The notes under the pieces: model-generated | Seen by the model: only the letters and a program-made list of their open reading frames with translations | Told to the model about the DNA's origin: nothing | The model's database searches: none | Program-made: the position numbers and the translations under genes | Origin: Octopus bimaculoides | Taxonomy: Eukaryota | Reading direction: 5' to 3' | DNA: 60,934 bases | Assembly (NCBI RefSeq): GCF_001194135.2 | Contig: NC_068984.1 | Location: 33,630,185-33,691,118, forward strand | Part shown: piece after piece, positions 24,745 to 39,699 of the stretch | How positions within the stretch are numbered: position 1 is the stretch's first letter | How the letters are laid out: every line of letters starts with the position of its first letter

Positions 24745-25979
24745 CAGGGTTCGTAAGGTATTTGAGGACAGGTTTATGTTTATAAAAAGAAAAAAAAACA
24801 TATAATAACAGATAATAACTTAATTCATCAAGAAATGCTATGCGGATAAAAATAAAACTTTCCTATAATGTTATTCAATAACGCCACATTAAGTTTCTAC
24901 AGCTGTTTCCATATGAGATCTAAATCATCTACATGCTCGAGTAAAGTGGTCTTGATTCATTTTGGGCATTACTCTGACTATGGCAGATTTCAAAGTATAT
25001 TTGGTGTTATGGGCGTGTTCATTGAGCTTACTCTCAACAACGCTCCACATGGATTGAGATCTGGGGAATTAGGAGGCCAAATATTAGGGGTTATATGATC
25101 ATGAAATTTTTCAGTCATCCATTCCTGTATTACTAATGCCATGTGTGGTAGTACAGAGACTTACTGAAACACATATGGTCTTCGATTGCATACATTATCT
25201 GTCCAGGGCTTAACAGTTATATTTCCAGGACCTCAGTGTTAGTGGGAAAGTTAACTCCAACGCTTCGTGGACAGAAGGACGTAAGGAGTCTTTACATGTC
25301 CTTCATTGCTGACAACCCTTGAAACCATGACACTTGCAGGAAACGTTGTATGCATAACACTTGGAACTTCGGAAGGGTCTGCATATAACCCTCTGTCATT
25401 TCTTCTATTAACTTTTTGATCTTGATCGAAGTTTTTCTCGTTTGAGAAAAAACAAATAAAATCTACTACTGGATTTCAGTTTGCTTAAGAGCCTTTTAAA
25501 TCGGATTTAGTGATTTTCTTTTGCTTTTTCTTACAAATTGACCTTCTCTCATCATTTCAGACTTTTATCTGATGTCTTTGTGGACAACATTTCTGACTGT
25601 TTCTTCTGACACATAGAGATCTTTTGCGATTGACCCCATGGATTTTCTGGCATTGTAACCAATGGTCTGTTGAAATTGTGGGATACATTCAGGTTTTCTA
25701 ATGATTTCAGAGCGTTTAGAGTGTATTTTTATGCTTTGATACGTGTGATACGTCTCCAACTTCAGTCTCTAGTTCCTTACAAACTTTGTAGATAAAAGAT
25801 CTGGCAACTTTTAAAAATCGAGATGTTTCTAAATCGCTATGCTCAGCCTTTATAACCAGAATAACAGCATGCCTCTTCATTTCTTGAGTAAGCTGCCTGG
25901 CATTACTATTTTCTGAAACAAAGATTATACAGATTAACCAAAAAATATAGCAATGACCCCAAATACATTACGCACCCAA
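24745..25979 (-). mobile_element. Decayed Tc1/mariner-superfamily element, maT/DD37D-like, both termini present
   Basis: Minus strand gives NARKSMGSIAKDLYVSEETVRNVVHKDIR (HTH) and QEWMTEKFHDHITPNIWPPNSPDLNP (25051-25079). Degenerate TIRs cagggttcgtaaggtatttgaggac and ttgggtgcgtaatgtatttggggtc (19/25) are flanked by TA. Confidence 0.85.
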
Positions 25980-26326
25980 TATATATATATATGTAGGTGT
26001 GCATGTGTGTGTGCGTGGGTGTATATATACATATGCGTGTACGTATGTGTATGTATATATGTACATACATATGTATATGTGTACATACATATATATATAG
26101 ACATATATATACACATACACACACAAACATATATATTCATACACATACACACATGTACATAGACATCCGATGTATTTTCATTGATGATTATAAGTGAATA
26201 CTTATTGCATATATTTGTGAGAGTTCATGTATTCTAACGTGCGTAACATTATACATTCTTTACCCTTTATCTTTCGTACTTACTTTATATCTTCCTGTCT
26301 CTCACTCACACTCAATGTAAATCTCC

Positions 26327-26379
<53 letters not shown>

Positions 26380-26711
26380 CCTCTATATCTCTCTCTCTCT
26401 ATCTTTGTTTTTGTATCTTGGTAATATATAAAGAAAAAGGAAGATAAAGCGAGATGGAAAGAAACTGAGATAGACTGTCAGACAAGTCCGAAACATTGAG
26501 ACACTTACACAAATGCGTAACTAAACGCATTTGTATGTTATTTGTACACGTTTATGAGTATGAGAAAAAGAGGAGAGAGACAGACAAGATTAAAATCAAT
26601 ATGTGTGTATATGTGCATATATGTGTGAGTATGTGTGTAGCTGAGTGTGCGTGCGTGTGTGTGTGTGTGTGTGAGAGAGAGATAGCTTCTGTGTTTATGT
26701 ATGAACATATG

Positions 26712-26775
<64 letters not shown>

Positions 26776-27153
26776 GTATGTATACTTGTGTGTTTATGTA
26801 TATATGTATGTATATATATGGATATTTATATATATATTTATGTGTGTGTATGTGTGTGTGTGTGTGTTTGGTATGTATATGTAAATTTCTATTAAAATGT
26901 CGATCAAACACCAGGTGATAATTTTGCAATAAATCTGAAAATTAAAGACGCAGTCGAGAGATAGAGAAAGAAAAGACAAATATTAAAGACCGATCTGTGA
27001 GAAAAGATTGAGCAAATTATATATTCACATACACACATGCATACACACACAGAAACATACATACACAAACACATGTCTATATATATTTATATTCATATAT
27101 ATAAATGTATGCCCGTAAATATGTATTTATATATATCAATATATATATATGCA

Positions 27154-27189
<36 letters not shown>

Positions 27190-27999
27190 TTTGCATCTGT
27201 GTATGTATATTATTGTATTTATTTCACTGTTTCAGTATCGATATTCCGAATTGAATACAAAAGTAATTATTTTTTCGTTTTAAGAAATCAATAAATAATC
27301 ATCATATAATTTTACACCATTTGGTTCAAACTGTGTCTTCGTTTGTGTGAGGTCGGGCCTGTAAGAATTGTTCGACAGAAAAGATAGATTTTTTTCTGCT
27401 TCCGTAATAGAATTGCCGGTTGATTTATGTACTAAAACAGATTGAACACATACACACACTCACACGCATCTCTTTCTCTCTCCCACACTCTCTCTCTCTC
27501 CCACACTCTCTCTCTATCTCTATCTCTCTATCTCTCTCTGTATAGTAACTGCCCAAAATAGTAAGGATGGTAACTTGACTAAGGAAAGAAGGCCATGAAT
27601 GACACGTCTTTTTTTTTGCCTGTCCTAATTGTTGTTTCTCCTGTCCGCCTTTGTATCATCTATGTGTCCGAATGTTTCATTGTCATCTGTTGCGTTTTTG
27701 TTCCATTATATATATATATATATATNNNNNNNNNNNNNNNNNNNNNNNNNNNNNNNNNNNNNNNNNNNNNNNNNNNNNNNNNNNNNNNNNNNNNNNNNNN
27801 NNNNNNNNNNNNNNNNNNNNNNNNNNNNNNNNNNNNNNNNNNNNNNNNNNNNNGGAGCGGCGAGATTAACGTTCAAATCTTCTTTGTTTCCGTTTCTGCT
27901 TTCACACACAAACGCATAGACACGCATATTCATTAATGCATACATGTATAAATGTTTGCATAGATTTATAAATATACTTGTGTGTGCAAATGTATGTAT

Positions 28000-28045
<46 letters not shown>

Positions 28046-30560
28046 CTGTGTGTGTGTTTGTGTGTGTGAGACTGTATGTGCCTGTATGTATGTATGCCTA
28101 CGTGAATATTTAATTAGAAATACATATTTGTATTTGTATATAAAAAAAGCAAACGTGTTGTTGAACGACTGACGCAACCAATCCAAAGTGTTTAAGGTAT
28201 TTGCGTCTATGTAATTCATCATTTATATTCAACAACATATTAAACAGTGATCGGTCTGGGAGTAAAAATATTTGATGGCTTCATTGTTTTTTTACACCTT
28301 TCTTTGAAAGACAACGTTGTTTCCTATTGCTTAGGAGACATGTAACTATTATTAAGAGTTCATGGCGGTGTTATGAAATTTGGAATATCCAGTGGTCAGA
28401 TATTGTTATTGTAGTATTAGAAAGGTCAAAATGGGGGAGAATATATGCTTGTTGACCAATCTGCTGATGTTTGCTCGTCATTGCTTTAGTGAGTTGTAAT
28501 CTATAATGATTTTGGTAAACAGTGCAGAGATGTTCTAGATACTACAGTTCTTCTACCTATACCAACGTCAATTTCTTGATATAACTATTTTGTTAATTAG
28601 ATCCTAATCAGAAATGAAGAATATACACCGAGGAACAGTTTTCAGCACGAAATATATATATCGGCAATTATAAAGTCTGAGATTTTTAGTGACGTTCAGG
28701 ATCTTTTACTTCCAGGATTCAGCAGGCTGAGATACATTATGCTTCGATTCATATGTGCATTGATTATTTCTTTGTACTGTGTAACATACAAGCATGTAAT
28801 GATTCCATTGACAATGGTTTTGAGCTTAGCAGTTTGAACAGATGTGGGAATTTTTTTTTTTTTTTTTTTTTTTTTTTGCATAAAGATCAAATTCCAGAAG
28901 CTACGAAGGAGTGCGAAATATTATTATCTGCATTGAAGTTTACATTAAAACCAACTAATGCTATAATTATAACCGAACAGCGGTTCCTCCGCGACACTTC
29001 TATTGTCTAATTTACAAAGTTTTTGTGATAAACACTGAATATTAAGAGACCAATGAAACTCATACAAATATCTACTGCCATAAGATCTTAGTGATAGTAC
29101 GTATGAACCTGGATGTATGTGTAATTATGTAAAATATCTCCTGGATATTTTAAACGTTGTAACTAATGATATTGTTCTATAGATCGCATTGTCCTCATTT
29201 TCAATAGCACACTAAGAATTTTTCAATTGTATGCAAAATTACGTTTGTTTCCTCGTCTTTGAAAATGTCAACTTTATATTCATCTACCGTCGTCGATAGA
29301 TGAATACAGCAAACCGAGAATTTTTATTTATCAATGTCGGCTTAGGAGACAAGTAGTCATCGAAAGAATGTTTTTCAACATAAAAAAATATTTCAGCTAA
29401 ATTATAAAAAGACTTTTACTTTGGGTTGTTTGATATCTAACTGGTTCTGATATTTTCCGAATCATCTTGCCTAAATATAATCCCTCTCGTTCACTTGCAT
29501 TCATACTGGGGTGTCAATTTTTTATTCAGCATCTGTTAGTTATTTATTTAGAATCAATTTTACAGAAATAATCCATTTTTTGTGAAGAATTAATTCATTT
29601 GCATGGCATTTAACATCCCACTTTGTCTTAGTGAGACAGTTTCACTTTATATCCAAATTTGCTTAGTATGACGAGGTGTGCCTGATTCTGCCGGACAATT
29701 ATTTATTACGTATGAAGTTTGTAGGTTAGTATTTGGATAAAGGGCAATATAACACTTTTACTTATATTTTACCTCAGTTCATAGCGACAGTAATGATGCA
29801 TATTTCCAGCTGAAAATTGAAACCAGATCTCATGCTCATGTGACTTTTACTTGTTCTTCTAACGAGCAATAAAAATTATACAATGATATGAAAACTGCAA
29901 TAACAGATTAACAAAGAAAGCAGCTGAAATATTAATTATACAATATATTAGTTTGGGATGATAATTTAACTACTTACTATTTATTTTATTCGAAAGCGAC
30001 GCCATTTAATGAGCATTAGTCTCGTATTTTCTTTCTTATTAAGTCTTTTCGATTGTATTTAAGCAAGTTTAATTTGTTTGGTGGATGACAGTCCATCTTG
30101 ATTTGATGCCTGCTATCTTTTCAAATGCTACATATCTGTACAGTAGCAAAAGTTGAAGTGCTTACGCAACATACTGATGTGCATCCATTTACAGCTAATT
30201 AGACAAATACATGTAATTAAACTTACGCATACACACACAGGCTTTTCAATAGATTACATGTATTCATTCAATTACTATAGTGAAATGTGCCTCATATAAT
30301 TAGGTCGTATTACTGTCGCAAATATATTTATTATTCTATGTTTTTATATTTCAACTCCATTTTGATGTTATTTGCTATTGTAATGTCTTCTAAGTTTTAT
30401 GTTTAAACTCCGTCAAAAACAAAGAGGTTTGGTGCTGTCTTGAGCCAATGCAGTACAGTATACGTTGCGGGAAATTTCTTCTTTTCTATCAATCATGATG
30501 AACTAAACAAGATATCAAGTGCGTTATAGCTGTTGTGAAGTTTTCTTGGTGTTGTTTCTT

Positions 30561-30798
30561 GTCCTTGAGCAAGACGCTTCACTTCACGTTGCTACAGTCC
30601 ACTCAACTGACAAAAATGAGTTTTATCTGTTCTTCAAGGGCCAGCCTTGCTACATTCTGAGTCACGGAAACGCTCCATGAAAACTGCGATAAGTGTATGC
30701 ATGTCTGTGGAGTGCTCAGCCACTTGCACTTTAATTTCACGAGCAGTTTATTCCGTTGATCTGATCAACTGGAGCCCTCATCGTCGTAACCGATGGAG
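30561..30798 (+). mobile_element. SINE (family D) body and 3' end
   Basis: gtccttgagcaagac...gctacagtccactcaactg...gggccagccttg...gtggagtgctcagccacttgcac...tcgtcgtaaccgatggag; second partial copy at 23493-23593. Confidence 0.75.
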
Positions 30799-31249
30799 GC
30801 TAGCTGTTCTTTATCATCCCAGATAGAGCAGACATGTGTTCGAAGGTTTTGCAGCCACAATCATTTCGTTTTCTTGTGTATCAGTAACTTCAATGACCAG
30901 TGTCTTCATTCTTCTAAAAGACGTTACTTTTGAAGAAAAATCTTACGTTAATATTCAGCAGGCCGGGCACTCATAGAATGATTCTATTTGGGCTCTTTAA
31001 TTAATTAACTACTTTATAAGATATTTATTTATTCATTTATTTATTTATTGCGGCAATATTTATTTATTCATTTGTCGCAATAGTTTTAAATTACATTGTA
31101 TCGCACGTGAAGTTATCGAAACAGTTAAATATGTTCATGTGAATTAATATAACTAGCGCTATTCACTTTCATAAACTTTTATATCCATAACTCCGAATAT
31201 TTACTGCGTCTCGACAACAGTATATTGTGCAACCGAAAACTACTACCAC

Positions 31250-31500
31250 CGCACAAAAATCCTACACAGCATTAAAATGTAAGTTATCCGACCAAGTGCA
31301 AACACTTTTCCCTAGCTACTCTTTTTGTCTATTCTTTCGCATGTGAAAATGACTAAGTTCCTTTCAAAGTAGATGCGAACCCTCTATAACCACTTGGCCA
31401 GTACTTTCTCAACAAAACATAACATTTTTGCTGCAATCATCGATCTATATTTCCTTAATCTAAGTATCATCTGCAAAATCATGTGCTGTCTCTTTTCCAA
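31250..31500 (-). mobile_element. Possible CR1/L2-type RT remnant
   Basis: Minus strand has DFADDT*IKEI*IDDC and later WSDNLHFN, resembling (F)ADDTK...DC and W....L.FN; otherwise decayed. Confidence 0.25.
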
Positions 31501-32559
31501 CAGACTTTAAAAATTCCTTTTCTAAATTTTATCCCATGTAAGATTGGAACATCTCAGAGTAGATCTTTAAAATATCTCATCGTTACTCTTATTTATGAAT
31601 AACATTTCTTCCACATCGTACCCTATCACATAATTTAGCTGTTCATCTCTCAGCACAGTGATAGAATTATAATTAGAAAATCAACAAACTAGTTATTTTT
31701 CTTAGATTAATTTCTCTAAAACTTTCAAGATGTGCAACATAAAGCACTTGTAGATTTAAAATGGCCACCAAATAGAAAATTATTGGAAAGAGACAGAATT
31801 ACCACTCAAAAGTTAAAAGAAGCGTGGTCTGTTAATGGCTATGAAATATTTTTCAGCTGCTGGTCTCCAGAATTTTCCCATATTTTAATAACATTTCAAG
31901 ATTTGCAACATTTTGTTTTTATGTATTATTGATAAATTTTTTGCAAGAAATTCCTGTCTTTGTATTATTTTTCTTTGTGTATTCAAACTAAGAACAATTG
32001 AATTACACTGAACCGGAGATTCTCCTTCGCAAATCGCAACCATACAGCATAATAGAGTAAGACTAAATAATATGTGTAAAATGTACTTTATATGAAATAA
32101 TGTGTTTTTCTTCTTTCTTTAGTTTTGCTGAATCATTTATAAATCACAATGGAATATTAGAAGTTATAAGAACCAATTTGGTACAGATCAGAGAAACAAG
32201 TACCCTTTAGACGCTACCTACGTATTCATTTTACGGAAAACTCACCCCGACACTAATTACATTACAAAACACCAAACAATTTCTACCTTCTAAATTATAT
32301 GTTTAAATCTATTTTGTCGACCTGTTTCTTAAATTGATACCTATATTGTCCAATATTCCTTGTCATTGAAATTCTTACATTTCAATCATTCATATATATT
32401 TTAAATAATACACCTCCATGCCCGCAAACTACAATCACGAATATATATAAAGAAAGTCGATATTTTTTATAAGAGGTTATCGACCACATCATTTCTCATC
32501 GCTAAAGGTCATTTGCTACTAACTGCTGCGTCTACAGGTGAACTCAACTCAGCAATACC

Positions 32560-33171
32560 GATAATCGAATGTTGGCTGTGACACGCAAGTTAAATTGGTG
32601 AGTGGACCCCACCACTAATATCAGCTCCACTCTGACTCATCCTGTCTCCGTGATCCCAACATCACCTCTAAATTCACGTGCCCTATCGCCAATCGCTTCA
32701 GCGCCTTGGCCGAGGATGAGACCAACAAATGAGAGATCTTCAAATCAAGAGTCAACCAGTCTGCAAATGATATTCTGGTAAACTCAAGCCTTCTGCGCAG
32801 GTGACCCTGGATTTCACTGCAGGCGCAGATCTTACTCCGGTAATCAAATGCAGCTATGGGCTAGATGCCGGAGTCATGGAAACCCAATGAAACCCTTTTC
32901 GTGCTACCGTTCTATCCCCCGAAAAACAAAGATCCGCATATACAATGCGCTGGTCCTCTCAGTTCTCCTCTATGAAGCAGAAACATGGCACTTCACGAAA
33001 ACCTGTATCCTCCACCTTACCAGGGCCTTACACTCATTCGACACAGCAGCGAGGCTGGAAGAGGTCTCATGATAGGCCCCGCACCAGTTGGCTGGATGTG
33101 ATTAAGGAAAATTACCCAAGGCTTGACAGCTTCTTGGAGGATGCTGAAGGGCTGGCAGGGAATCGCCAGCG
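32560..33171 (+). mobile_element. RTE-clade LINE, internally deleted fragment
   Basis: NRFSALAED; SIPRKTKIRIYNALVLSVLLYEAETW (RTE hallmark TK.RIY...V.SVLLYG.ETW); GWKRSHDRPRTSWLDVIKE. It stops abruptly at the 66-bp inverted repeat. Confidence 0.85.
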
Positions 33172-33237
33172 ATATATATGATGTGTCGAAAACTACAGTA
33201 TAGAGAAATAACTTATATTTCGGCAATACGGGAGACA
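33172..33237 (+). repeat. Left arm of a perfect 66-bp inverted repeat
   Basis: atatatatgatgtgtcgaaaactacagtatagagaaataacttatatttcggcaatacgggagaca is the exact reverse complement of 35348-35413. Confidence 0.95.
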
Positions 33238-33799
33238 ACTTCAAGTAAGTTCCCAAACTATTAAAAATTTTCAGTGAATCATATACTTCACATTAGTTGC
33301 CTACATAATAGTGGGTGGATTATCAAATATTGTTCTATTTAAAACTACATATGATGATGATGAGTATGATATGTGTGTGTGTGTGTGTGCGTGTCTGTAT
33401 GTCTGTCTGTGTTGAATATTATATTTTATATTATCTTCGAACTGAATAATCTATACAGTTCTAGACATTTTCAGATCGAAAATGTATATAATGATCAAAG
33501 TCGTATGAGCTGTGATCAACTCATAAATATAGTTTTGTCTGTTTTTCTCTAACTCAGTAGATTGTAATTTCAATGGAATCTAGTTGTTATTTCTTGCAGG
33601 TGGAGAGCTCATTTACGAGTTTTATTGATGTATGTTACGAAGAAATGGAGCACCATCATAAAATCTACGCTAGGAGATAAATATTTGCCTCAAGACAAGT
33701 CCGTCACTTTAGTTGGAAATAAATAGTGTGAACTCGAACTGATATCATAATGCATTTTGTCCAACGCTCTAAAATGCCTTCAACTGTCCACGTTACTGT

Positions 33800-33935
33800 T
33801 ATAGCATATTTTATCGATCTCCGAGGATTAGAATTTAAAGCTTATTTCGGCGGGGTTTCAGCTAAAATTGCAAATACGTGGGTGAAGCATTGCAAGTTAT
33901 TTTGTTCAATACTCTAACGATTCATCTTGTCTGCT
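33800..33935 (-). mobile_element. Degenerate SINE (family B)
   Basis: ttttatcgatctccg...ttcggcggggtttcag...ctctaacgatt resembles the inverse of the 4185-4320 family. Confidence 0.4.
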
Positions 33936-34462
33936 TTTAACGATAATGTTAATCGACGGCCATTTCTGATTGAGGCAGAACGATTATACGAAGCAGCAAC
34001 ACATAAATATAAAGTGCTTGATGTCAACATTAATCCTTAACAAAAGATTAAGAGACATTGATTGTCAAAACTTCACGTACCTAGTAAAAGCAACCTAATG
34101 CAAAACTTTATAGAAAAAAAAAAATATATATATATCATCACATTGAAAAGGGCTTGTAAATAACAGACTAAGAAATTAAGTTTAAGGCACAAAATATATA
34201 AGACTGGTAGGAGGCTGATGCTGCAGACTAATTTCAAGAGGAAAATGTGAAGAACAAAGATTTATACGCGTAAAATAACAAGCATAAATGAAATAGTGTT
34301 GGATATTGTGTTATATTCTATTAAATATATAATGGTCTCACTATTTTATGCCACTTCAAATTAAAGAACTTAAGCTGATTATCATTTGAGTTTCAGTGTG
34401 GCCAAACTTATAAATAGTTTCTGACACTAGAACCGTATCTTATTACCATATTCATTAACGCA

Positions 34463-34525
<63 letters not shown>

Positions 34526-34991
34526 NNNNNNNNNNNNNNNNNNNNNNNNNNNNNNNNNNNNNNNNNNNNNNNNNNNNNNNNNNNNNNNNNNNNNNNNNNN
34601 NNNNNNNNNNNNNNNNNNNNNNNNNNNNNNNNNNNNNNNNNNNNNNNNNNNNNNNNNNNNNNNNNNNNNNNNNNNNNNNNNNNNNNNNNNNNNNNNNNNN
34701 NNNNNNNNNNNNNNNNNNNNNNNNNNNNNNNNNNNNNNNNNNNNNNNNNNNNNNNNNNNNNNNNNNNNNNNNNNNNNNNNNNNNNNNNNNNNNNNNNNNN
34801 NNNNNNNNNNNNNNNNNNNNNNNNNNNNNNNNNNNNNNNNNNNNNNNNNNNNNNNNNNNNNNNNNNNNNNNNNNNNNNNNNNNNNNNNNNNNNNNNNNNN
34901 NNNNNNNNNNNNNNNNNNNNNNNNNNNNNNNNNNNNNNNNNNNNNNNNNNNNNNNNNNNNNNNNNNNNNNNNNNNNNNNNNNNNNNNNNNN

Positions 34992-35032
<41 letters not shown>

Positions 35033-35347
35033 CATACACACAAGACGACTGCCTCTTGTTCATTATCCTAGGGGACTTTGACTGGTATTAGATTGATCCT
35101 AGATGTGTGTGTGTGTATGTGTGTGTGTGTGTGTGCGTGAGCAAGTGTGTGTGCGTGAGCAAGTGTGTGTGCTTGTGTGTGAGTATGAATGGATTAAAAA
35201 AGAAGTAGATTAACAGAAAGTCAAAATTTACTTTCTCAACGCATGACTGAGCAGTGACGCTGGAATTTAAGGCGCGGGTACATACACACTCACAAACACA
35301 CGCGCGCGCGCATACACACAAACACACATAGACACACACACAAAATA

Positions 35348-35413
35348 TGTCTCCCGTATTGCCGAAATATAAGTTATTTCTCTATACTGTAGTTTTCGAC
35401 ACATCATATATAT
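35348..35413 (-). repeat. Right arm of the perfect 66-bp inverted repeat
   Basis: Exact reverse complement of 33172-33237. Confidence 0.95.
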
Positions 35414-36937
35414 TCTCTAATGGAATTGCTGACAAGTTTTAATACAAATGTACCTTTAACGAGCATAGGAGAACAAAACGGTACCTTAAGCATTTTATAT
35501 TCATCGCAGTTATTTGCGCAGGATATATCGGTCTCGGATTAAACTAAAAGATTCTCTACACCCACAATAACATACATATATGGAAGTCCTACTGGCCAAG
35601 TCTTCATTTTTTGTATGAATGCATATAAATTCGTGTTTGCTATACTGTCTTTGGAGTTGGGAAAAACTAATTTTTCAAAGGTGCTTATAATTCTATTTCT
35701 TGTAGTTTACATCGTGATCCTAGATTTTAGGCTTTAGACTTTAAGCTAATAGTAATATATCATCTAGTCGAAATTTCTGCGAATATTGTTCTACATTATT
35801 GTACATTATTTCTGGTGGTTCCTCTATCATTACCTCGGTATGAACAGTGAATTCTATTCTGTGCAGAGAATGGCTATAATGATGCTGAGGCATAATTGTT
35901 TTTTTACCTTTTATACTTGCTCAGACAAAATAATAATTAGCCAATGGCTAAAATTACTCTTTACCAGTTTAAAACCAGGGGCATTTAATATATTACCACT
36001 AATTTAGCTGTCATCTAAGAACTGACGCACTTGGCGACGTATGTTAATATTTGTTCTTTTGTGAATTTGTTTCGCTAATGACAATTAATAAACCTGCTTT
36101 GAACATATACTAAAAGATTTTTATGCTTTTATGTATATGTTGCCTTCCAGATATTTTTCTATCAAGTGTTGTATAAATATGGGGCGATGAGAATTTCATG
36201 CTTTCTGTGAATCAATGCTCCGCAGACTTCGTCGTTCTTGCCATTGTTCAACACAGACCATTTCTCATCTAAGAAATTCAGTCATTACACACATTAGTAT
36301 CAATTATTTTTATATTAGTCATAACCGTCCCATATTTGATAAAAAAAAAAAACAAAGTCTATTGGGGATTACATTATTCAAAGGGTTTTCATTTTAAGAT
36401 TCAAGCTCGTGATTAATTTGCGGAATACTAGCTGCTATTTCTAGAAGTTAGAATTACCAAGTAGAGGTTCGCACTAAGATTTCTGTTAAATTTATTACTA
36501 TAGTCGCATCTATATTTATGCGAAAGATCGCTCATTTGCTCTATGTCATCCATGAAGAAAGATTAAACGATGTATTCTTATGACATATCATTAGCTACAC
36601 CAAGTAATTAGGTGCATTACTTTATCTGATGTTAGCGTATTGCTTTATCAGATGTTTGATCTGTTTGATAAAGTCAACTAACTTCTACTTGTAATCAAAA
36701 TATATTGTGCAGTCAAAGGCGTAGTACTGATAAAAAAATAATAAAATCGATTTAGTTAAAATTATTTAACATTATAAAAGTATATGCATGTATGATTCTG
36801 CTTTGGTGCAGGAAAAATTTAGGAATGAGGTGCAAACCGTTGGTTACATACATAGAAACACACACATACATATACATACGTGTGTATATACACACATGCA
36901 TATATGCACATATACATATGCGTGTGTGTGTATGTGC

Positions 36938-36969
<32 letters not shown>

Positions 36970-39699
36970 NNNNNNNNNNNNNNNNNNNNNNNNNNNNNNN
37001 NNNNNNNNNNNNNNNNNNNNNNNNNNNNNNNNNNNNNNNNNNNNNNNNNNNNNNNNNNNNNNNNNNNNNNNNNNNNNNNNNNNNNNNNNNNNNNNNNNNN
37101 NNNNNNNNNNNNNNNNNNNNNNNNNNNNNNNNNNNNNNNNNNNNNNNNNNNNNNNNNNNNNNNNNNNNNNNNNNNNNNNNNNNNNNNNNNNNNNNNNNNN
37201 NNNNNNNNNNNNNNNNNNNNNNNNNNNNNNNNNNNNNNNNNNNNNNNNNNNNNNNNNNNNNNNNNNNNNNNNNNNNNNNNNNNNNNNNNNNNNNNNNNNN
37301 NNNNNNNNNNNNNNNNNNNNNNNNNNNNNNNNNNNNATATATATATATGTATATATATATATAATTATACACAGTTTTAGAGAACACCATTGATGTCCTA
37401 ACGCTTATACGGTGGGAAGCATGAGTGTTGGTGCTAAACAAGAATGTGTGTGTTAAACACGGAAACAGAATGTATCTCTTTTTTCTTAAGGGCAATTTTT
37501 ATACTTATCTTCATTTGAAATAAGTACAAAAGCTGTAATTATTAGTCTCTCACGCTATATCATTATCGATGAGTGACGTACCTAAGTAAAATTTTTGAAA
37601 CATCAGTTAACCTTGTCCAAAACAACTCTAATCTAGCAAAACTACGTTAGCCTTATCTGCAACAGAACAAGTCGTCTCTGTCTGGATGTGTTTTGAACAG
37701 AAATGATACCTTTTCGTAATGGCGCAATGCAAAGGAATTAAACTCCAATTTTTGAAGTACATGCATCTAGCACCATTGTTTGAATTGAAAACTGGTTGAA
37801 CTATCAATTAACAAACGCTATATGGGTAACATGATTTCTCATGTAATATCAAGTTAAAAATCACTGCATATTACCAGCCTTAATAGATTCATTCCCCCCT
37901 CTTCAAGGAAAGTGCGATAATCGTCACTAAGGAACCCACATAAACTTTTAACCATAAATACATGCTTATGTCCAAGTAACTTTTGTTTTACCACACCTTT
38001 CTTTTGATAATCCTTGCTAATTTTGCAGTTACGAAAAAATGCTTCAATTTGTTGAAAATTCGTATACGATTATGAATGACACTTGTAGGTTGTGTTATCG
38101 GATAAACACTTCATTAAAATACATCATACTATCATCAAAATGATCCTGTAAACAAGAAAATTAAGTAAAACTGTAAGGCTTTAGCAGAATAAATACTTCC
38201 ATACCTTACATTAGGCATTGCTAAATTATGGCTGCGTTAACAATGTTTTGTGTTAGTGCTGTACTGTATTATATAATATATCTAGAGATAGATACATCGC
38301 CCGCATTATATGTGGTAAAATTTCATTGGCCACTGAGTACGCTTCATAACAGCTCTCCTAATTAGTGTTTCAAATTCCCAATTAATAACTTAAGAAATTA
38401 CTGTTGATGAATAGGTAAATAAAAAGCAATCATAGCTACGTGTAAGATTAATATTGCTTCAGAATTCACAAACTTATTGCAATGCTACACTGCTCAACAG
38501 AATGTATTAAGCGGTCTTTAACCAACGCTGTACGTGTAACCAGATATGAATACCATTTCTATATACTATCTTCGTTGACAAGAAAAGAGGACTAGATACA
38601 ATTCCATATTGGATTATTTCAGCAGGTGTCAGTATACGTTATATATGTAAATCTGTTTATATAATCTACCTAAGCTCGTAATACTGGTAGTTTAAGAGAA
38701 GTTATATAGTGGGAAGTGAAAGAGACTGCCGAGAATAAAAGTATATCGGTTGATCTTTAAGTTTATGCCCATGAATAGACTCTCTATGCCCAAAACACTT
38801 CGCATTTTTCTTCATGGAAAATGTAGGCAACAAAGTTATACATATACCCTATAGTAAAATATATATTGGAATGGGTTCAACCATCACTTATTTATAAATC
38901 GAACCAACTGCCAAGAATGAATTATATGTATGGATTAACATATCGTATTTATTTATGCCCTTATTAATGAATTATATATATAGATTAACTTATCATATTT
39001 ATTTATGTCCTTAGTATTTGTGATTTTATAAGTTTGTGTATAGGGAATAAAAGGTATTTAGCTGAAATAAAACCAGGTCCCTTCACCTTTTTCTATCCAC
39101 AAGGAATTGGGCTTAGAGAATAGATGTCTAAGTATATACACTATATGCTAAAATGTATGGATATATCTGGTGGCACAGCGTAGCTATTGGGTAATTACAT
39201 TTTTTGTATGGGCTATAAACAACGAATGAATACACAGACACGCATGTACAAACACAAATACACGCGCGCACACACATGCACACACACACACACACACACA
39301 TACACATTAACTATTACAAGGAAGATATTGGTAGTGCCTTCAAGGTTTCGTATCGCTCGTTTTCACAACCGTATGAAGACGAACAAACCAAAACTATGCA
39401 CCTAGATTCAATCTTTTCCTTGTAAAAGATAATAAACGTGTACCAATATACAAGAACAAAAATATATAGAAGTACACACACACACAACCACACACACAAA
39501 CACAACCACATACACACACTCACACACACAACCACACACATACGCACACACATATGCACACACGCATACGCACAATAATCGATTTAGTAAACAGAAGAGA
39601 GAATTGGTACAACCCTTTTGTTTGTACGATCATCATTTCGAGCCATCCTGCGATTGTCTGAAATCTTTAAACGAGATATAAGTAGTTACAATACTAGTC

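Noticed and set aside
28290-28560. Possible CR1 RT remnant (DLS..., LLSNRKQR) on the minus strand
   Set aside because: Only two short, degenerate motif matches; too weak to annotate.
28753-29010. 85-aa ORF containing a poly-T tract (DQIPEATKECEILLSALK...)
   Set aside because: No domain similarity recognised; the poly-T may be a retroposon tail and the ORF length is within chance.
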